From Verrucomicrobiia bacterium (GTDB taxonomy: Bacteria; Verrucomicrobiota; Verrucomicrobiia; Limisphaerales; UBA1319), in NCBI GenBank assembly GCA_963664225.1, contig OY760937.1, positions 320,001-384,000 of the forward strand: a DNA stretch of 64,000 nucleotides. The letters run 5' to 3'. Of the stretch, positions 59,410 to 64,000 are shown one piece after another. Within the stretch, counting starts at the first letter, position 1. Each line of letters begins with the position of its first letter. Under the pieces are notes generated by a model. It saw nothing but the letters and a program-made list of their open reading frames with translations. It made no database searches and was not told where the DNA came from. The position numbers and the translations under genes were made by a program.

Positions 59410-60388
59410 CTACCTTGCCTTCGAGGAGACATCTCTTTTTGATTTTCGATTCGATGAATGACTCGCGCTCCGGCTGGTGTCGGTATTCAAACCGGCGCCT
59501 GGGCCGTTCGTTGTAAAATGGGGTGCCAATCGTCAGGTTGCGGTAATCCATCGGCAGAATCCAGATCGCGCCAAGAGGGTCGGCGATTACATCTGCAAGG
59601 GTTGTGAGCCACGTTCGGCTCAATATGGGCGGGTCGTTCTGCGCCAGCCGTTCCGCTGTGTTATTCCGACGCTCGGCGGATTTGAGAACCATGAGAACAC
59701 GAAAGGGGAATTCCTTGAAATCAGTTCGCGGAACACCATTGCGAACAGCAAACCCGCCGGATTTGTAATATTCCCGGTAACAGTCAGCCTTGGCGACGAG
59801 GACATCCTGAGTTTCGCTTGAACGATCCACTTCAAGAAAACAGTCGTAGGCATAACCTTTTGTACCGGGTTCCTTTTCGTGGATACGGAGGAAACCGTCC
59901 GGCTTTACCAAAATATTGGTGCCGTCGCCAGGACGGGATGCCTCGAATTGGTATAACAGCGGCCATGTGCTGAATTCAAGGATCGAAAAAGTTTCAGATT
60001 TAACGAGTGCGGCATGGAACGCCGCTTTTACATCCATGATCTCAAGTTCATGGCGCAGAGTGACTTCGCTCACATTTGCGCGTGCTTCGAAAGAGCTTTT
60101 TCCAAGTGACGGGTATTCTGCAAGATGACCTTGGTCGGTGAGCAGGGTAAAGGCCTTACGGGTTAAAAAGAGAACGGATGACTCATTTGCATTTCGTTTT
60201 CGTTCGCCAATATATCCGGCGGCTTTGAGTTTTTGGAGGCGCTTTTTGGTATATTCGCGTTTGCTCTCGAAATACAGGGTTGCAATGTGCGCGCCGGTCA
60301 TTACGCGGGATTCAAAAAGGCCACGGAGGAGGGCGATGTCGCGGTCTTGAAGTTGTATGGGTTCAACGTGTGTTTTCAAGGTGGCCAT
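59372..60388 (-). CDS. Replication-relaxation (Replic_Relax) family relaxase
   Basis: N-terminal wHTH (LQDRDIALL), LRHEL, VKPDG, FLEVDRSSE, FRVLMV. Confidence 0.88.
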   Translation of the reverse strand: MATLKTHVEPIQLQDRDIALLRGLFESRVMTGAHIATLYFESKREYTKKRLQKLKAAGYIGERKRNANESSVLFLTRKAFTLLTDQGHLAEYPSLGKSSFEARANVSEVTLRHELEIMDVKAAFHAALVKSETFSILEFSTWPLLYQFEASRPGDGTNILVKPDGFLRIHEKEPGTKGYAYDCFLEVDRSSETQDVLVAKADCYREYYKSGGFAVRNGVPRTDFKEFPFRVLMVLKSAERRNNTAERLAQNDPPILSRTWLTTLADVIADPLGAIWILPMDYRNLTIGTPFYNERPRRRFEYRHQPERESFIESKIKKRCLLEGKVVTGDSDNLPQMK

Positions 60389-60874
60389 GTGTGAATATTT
60401 TTAATTGATACGCCTTCTTTGATAACTTCATCGACGATGGTTTTAAATCCACAATTCAAGCGGAAAACAAATATATGTTAGTGAAATAGACGCGTATAGT
60501 CAATCGGTTTGGATTGCGAATCAAATGCGGTTATGGGGGGGTGTGGATTGTGCAATGTGTTTGTGAACGTCCATTCAAGTCCCTCGGCTTTTTATATGCA
60601 ACATAGTGCGTCATCGCACCAAAGTGCGTGCGGTTAAAAATGAGCTCGGTTGCGGCGATTGCTTTGACGTTTAAAAACTCATTTTGTCCCATTCTTGGAC
60701 AAAATGCGTGTTAGCACACTCTTTGATAATAAAAGAATAAAATAAATCATAATTGTTTTGACACAGGAAAGGGTGCTGATATTATGTCTCCTAATAAATG
60801 TTAGGGCAGGAAAGTCGGTCCTGCGGTGTTTCTTCCTGCCGGTTCGGGTTAATTGTCCGTCAATATTCTATCCT

Positions 60875-63811
60875 ATGAATAAGCACGCAATTAGTGTCAT
60901 CGCCCTCCTCATCTCCGCATTGACTCTTCATGGCCAGACCGCCGTCGTAGTGGAGCGTGGCCCACATCACCGGGTGTGGGAATCAGTGATGTCTGAGTTG
61001 GGGCCGTCGGGAGAGGTATTGTGGAGCACGAACAGTTACGTTGAATTGCAAACCGGTGCGTGTTATCAGGAGAATGGTAAATGGGTGGATGCAAACGATG
61101 AGATTGAAATACACCCCGATGGCGCTATCGCTCAGCACACGCAGCACAAGGTGATATTTGCACCCAATCTCAAAACACTGGGCGCGATTGACCTTTTGGC
61201 TCCTGACGGTAAGCGAATGCGGAGCTCACCGGTGGGATTGGCATATTATGACGCGGCTAGTGGGCAGTCTGTGTGGATAGGGGGAGTGAAGGAGAGCCAG
61301 GGCGCGGTACTGGGAGCCAATCAGGTTATCTATACCAACGCCTTTTCAAACATTGTGGCAACAGTTCGATACACCTTGACGAAAGCCGGTTTTGAACAGG
61401 ATATCATCCTTCAGGAGCAACCACCGGCTCCTGAAGAGTTCGGATTGCCTTCAGATACAACCCGGTTGGAAGTGGTGACTGAATTTTACGAGAGCCCTGT
61501 TCCTGAAAAAACAGCGGTGGTTCTCAAACATTACACACAAAGATTAGGCCAGCGTGCATTGGTGAGTCCCGATTTTATGGATGAGGAGCTTGATTTTGGA
61601 GCGATGCGCACAGGACGAGGCCGGGCATTCAAACTGACGGACGAGGATGATCCCAATCAAGGGGTGGAGGTGGGCAAACATTTCGGAAACTCTAATGGCC
61701 GCACTTTCATGATTGAAGGAGTGGAGTATCAGTCAATTCGGCAGCAGTTTTCGCAATTGCCAGAAACAAAAAAAGCGATTCGCACGGCCATGAGTCCGTC
61801 GCCAACCCAATCCCGGACATATCCACCACTCAATCAGGCTGCAAAAACCAAATCACCCCTCTTGATGGCGCAATCAGGCCTTCGATTGGATGCAGGAGTG
61901 GTCATCGATTATATTCTATTGGGCAACACGAACAATTTCACATTCCGTGGGGACACAACCTACTTTGTAACGAACAATACAACGGTGACATTTAGTGGAA
62001 CATCGATCCTGGAAGGGGGGTGCGTCATTAAATACTCAAGTGGAAGTGGATTGAGTTTTACCGGTCCAGTCAAAACAGACACATCTGCTTACAGACCAAT
62101 AATATGCACGGCAAAGGATGATAACACAATTGGGGACACAATCTCTGGCTCAACAGGATCCCCGAGCGGTTATTATGGCAACGGAATGACCGTCAGCGCG
62201 GATGCGGATTTACAGTATCTGTATTTCAAACACCTCAGTACGGGGATTTCATATACCGCGAGTCACATCAACACGAACAGCCATTCAAAGTTCTATCGCA
62301 CGGGGACCGCCTTTACGTTCGCTGGTGGGACAAACTATTTGCGAAATGTATTGTTTGATAACGTGGGTTCCTGCTTGATATTTGCCAGTGGCGTAAATGT
62401 CTGTTCCGTTGAACATGCCACTGCAAATACCGTCTCCACCACATTTGCGGGCGGGCAGCCAGCCACTTTGAACGTCACCAACAGTCTGTTCGTCCAGTGC
62501 ACAACCAATGGGTTTGCATTCAATACCAATTATTGCGCGACCGCCAGCAGTACGAATGGAGTGTTTCAGGGAATCATGGATGGTGGAAGTTATCTGGCCG
62601 ACAACACATATCGCAATCTGGGCACCATGAACATCAATTCCAATTTGCTCAAAGATTTGCGGACGCGAACGACCTATGCCCCCGTCATGCTGACCAACAC
62701 AATTTCCACGGCCATATCCGTTGATACCGTGCTTAATCCCCAGGCCCAGCGTGACACGGACATCCCCGATTTGGGTTTTCATTTCGATCCGGTGGATTAC
62801 ATGGTGGGCAATTTGTATCTGACGAACGCCACGCTGACACTCACGAATGGTGTGGCGGTCGGTTATTTTGGCTCTTTGGGTTTCATTTTGCAGACTGGAT
62901 CGGTCCTCGTCAGTCAAGGAACCCCGGATCGCATGAACCGGCTGGTGCATTACCAATGGGCGCAGGATCGATCAGACCAGTTTGACCCAACCACTGGACA
63001 GAGGGCCGTGTGGATGCAGTCGGGCACGGGAGTGAACATGTTCCTCAGGTTTACAGCAATGAATGCCAAAAGCCGTGGTGCCAGTTGCTTCTTCGCACTT
63101 ACTTATCTGAATCGAATGGCTGTAACCGATTGTCAGCTCGTGCATGGAAGCTGGCTATTTAGCGCCACTTCGACAATGGGGGCCGTGTGTTGGACCAACA
63201 ACCTCTGCAAGCGTGTGACTCTCAGTGTCTCGGAGGGTTATATGGGAAGCCCCGCGCCTTTGAACTTTTATTGCTATAACAATAACTTTATCGAGTCTTC
63301 GATGACAGCAAACAACTCTGTCACCACGTATCCCTGGGCTATATACGATAACTTGTTCGACAATTGCACGTTGACATGTGTAAATACCTCAGGAGGTAGT
63401 GGTTACAACGGTTATCTCAATACGCCCACGACCTTGGGTGGCCTTCAGAACATTACATTGGCCTCCTTTAATTATGCGACGGGGACATTCGGAACCTATT
63501 ACCAAAGCTCAACCGACCTGATCAACAAGGGGAGCCGCAATGCTACCAACGCGACTCTATTCCATTACACGACCCAGACAAGCAACCTTAAAGAGACCAA
63601 TACCGTGGTCGATATCGGTTTTCACTATGTTGCCGCGGATTCCAACGGAAATCCATACGACCAGGATGGGGATGGAGTCCCGGATTATTTGGAGGACAGG
63701 AATGGAAACGGAAATGGGGGTGATGACGCAACCTCCTGGCAAACCTATAATTCGATGAATGGGTTAAATGGAAGTCAGGAAGTCCGCGTGTTTACGCCTT
63801 TGAAGCCATAA
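60875..63811 (+). CDS. Large secreted Thr/Asn-rich protein with probable beta-helix and a DxDxDG motif
   Basis: Signal peptide from MNKHAIS; duplicated VDIGFHY/PDLGFHF; DQDGDGVPDYLED; ends VFTPLKP. Confidence 0.8.
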   Translation: MNKHAISVIALLISALTLHGQTAVVVERGPHHRVWESVMSELGPSGEVLWSTNSYVELQTGACYQENGKWVDANDEIEIHPDGAIAQHTQHKVIFAPNLKTLGAIDLLAPDGKRMRSSPVGLAYYDAASGQSVWIGGVKESQGAVLGANQVIYTNAFSNIVATVRYTLTKAGFEQDIILQEQPPAPEEFGLPSDTTRLEVVTEFYESPVPEKTAVVLKHYTQRLGQRALVSPDFMDEELDFGAMRTGRGRAFKLTDEDDPNQGVEVGKHFGNSNGRTFMIEGVEYQSIRQQFSQLPETKKAIRTAMSPSPTQSRTYPPLNQAAKTKSPLLMAQSGLRLDAGVVIDYILLGNTNNFTFRGDTTYFVTNNTTVTFSGTSILEGGCVIKYSSGSGLSFTGPVKTDTSAYRPIICTAKDDNTIGDTISGSTGSPSGYYGNGMTVSADADLQYLYFKHLSTGISYTASHINTNSHSKFYRTGTAFTFAGGTNYLRNVLFDNVGSCLIFASGVNVCSVEHATANTVSTTFAGGQPATLNVTNSLFVQCTTNGFAFNTNYCATASSTNGVFQGIMDGGSYLADNTYRNLGTMNINSNLLKDLRTRTTYAPVMLTNTISTAISVDTVLNPQAQRDTDIPDLGFHFDPVDYMVGNLYLTNATLTLTNGVAVGYFGSLGFILQTGSVLVSQGTPDRMNRLVHYQWAQDRSDQFDPTTGQRAVWMQSGTGVNMFLRFTAMNAKSRGASCFFALTYLNRMAVTDCQLVHGSWLFSATSTMGAVCWTNNLCKRVTLSVSEGYMGSPAPLNFYCYNNNFIESSMTANNSVTTYPWAIYDNLFDNCTLTCVNTSGGSGYNGYLNTPTTLGGLQNITLASFNYATGTFGTYYQSSTDLINKGSRNATNATLFHYTTQTSNLKETNTVVDIGFHYVAADSNGNPYDQDGDGVPDYLEDRNGNGNGGDDATSWQTYNSMNGLNGSQEVRVFTPLKP

Positions 63812-63845
63812 TATATTCAAGAATCAAACAAATAAGAGGAAGCCA

Positions 63846-64000
63846 ATGAATATGGATGCAATTGTATCGATGGCGGGATATCACCGTTCTACTTTTCTTA
63901 AAGCGACCCGGTTAATTGTTTTATTATGTGGTCTGGTCTTTGGAGCTAATCAAGTTCAAGCCTCCAAGCCGTGGGATTCATGGGCTGAGGATCCTTTGTT
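63846..64000 (+). CDS. Partial secreted protein running off the window
   Basis: Open frame MNMDAIVS...RLIVLLCGLVFGANQVQA, signal-peptide-like. Confidence 0.55.
   Translation, partial: MNMDAIVSMAGYHRSTFLKATRLIVLLCGLVFGANQVQASKPWDSWAEDPL

Larger units (their letters stand above)
49821..64000. mobile_element. Integrative, probably mobilizable element at the tRNA-Leu 3' end; right end not seen
   Basis: Serine recombinase abutting the tRNA; coupling-type ATPase, relaxase, primase and XRE; visibly more AT-rich than the flank. Confidence 0.85.

Overview
Bacterial chromosome segment, GC-rich over the first ~50 kb. The gene repertoire and attC family suggest Verrucomicrobiota (inference). Core content: carA, recF, a complete hoxEFUYH-hoxW bidirectional NAD-linked [NiFe]-hydrogenase operon, Tat-exported Gfo/Idh/MocA oxidoreductases, glycoside hydrolases, a hybrid kinase/response regulator pair, a SWIM-SNF2 helicase, rpmH-rnpA-yidD-yidC-jag, tatD, xseA, nnr, metG and tRNA-Leu(GAG). 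Three accessory zones stand out. (1) 16.9-20.3 kb holds integron-type cassettes with ~98-100 bp attC sites but no integrase. It contains two diverged copies of a ~150 bp module with a conserved TTGACC-N17-TAAACC promoter that ends exactly at a GTT crossover (solo Pc-attI-like platforms), next to a probable phage terminase remnant. (2) 37.9-39.3 kb is a second, decayed integrase-less cassette array. (3) From 49.8 kb to the window end, an integrative element sits at the tRNA-Leu CCA end. It carries a large serine recombinase, a TraD/TrwB-like ATPase, a primase, a Replic_Relax relaxase, an XRE regulator and secreted cargo. The most striking feature is that the recombinase gene is bracketed by a perfect 85-bp inverted repeat made of its own 3' coding end. 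One copy fuses the gene to antisense tRNA. The other continues in frame into a short alternative C-terminus, so inverting the 1.7-kb segment would swap the recombinase tail. All calls come from reading the sequence and recalled motifs; no searches were run.
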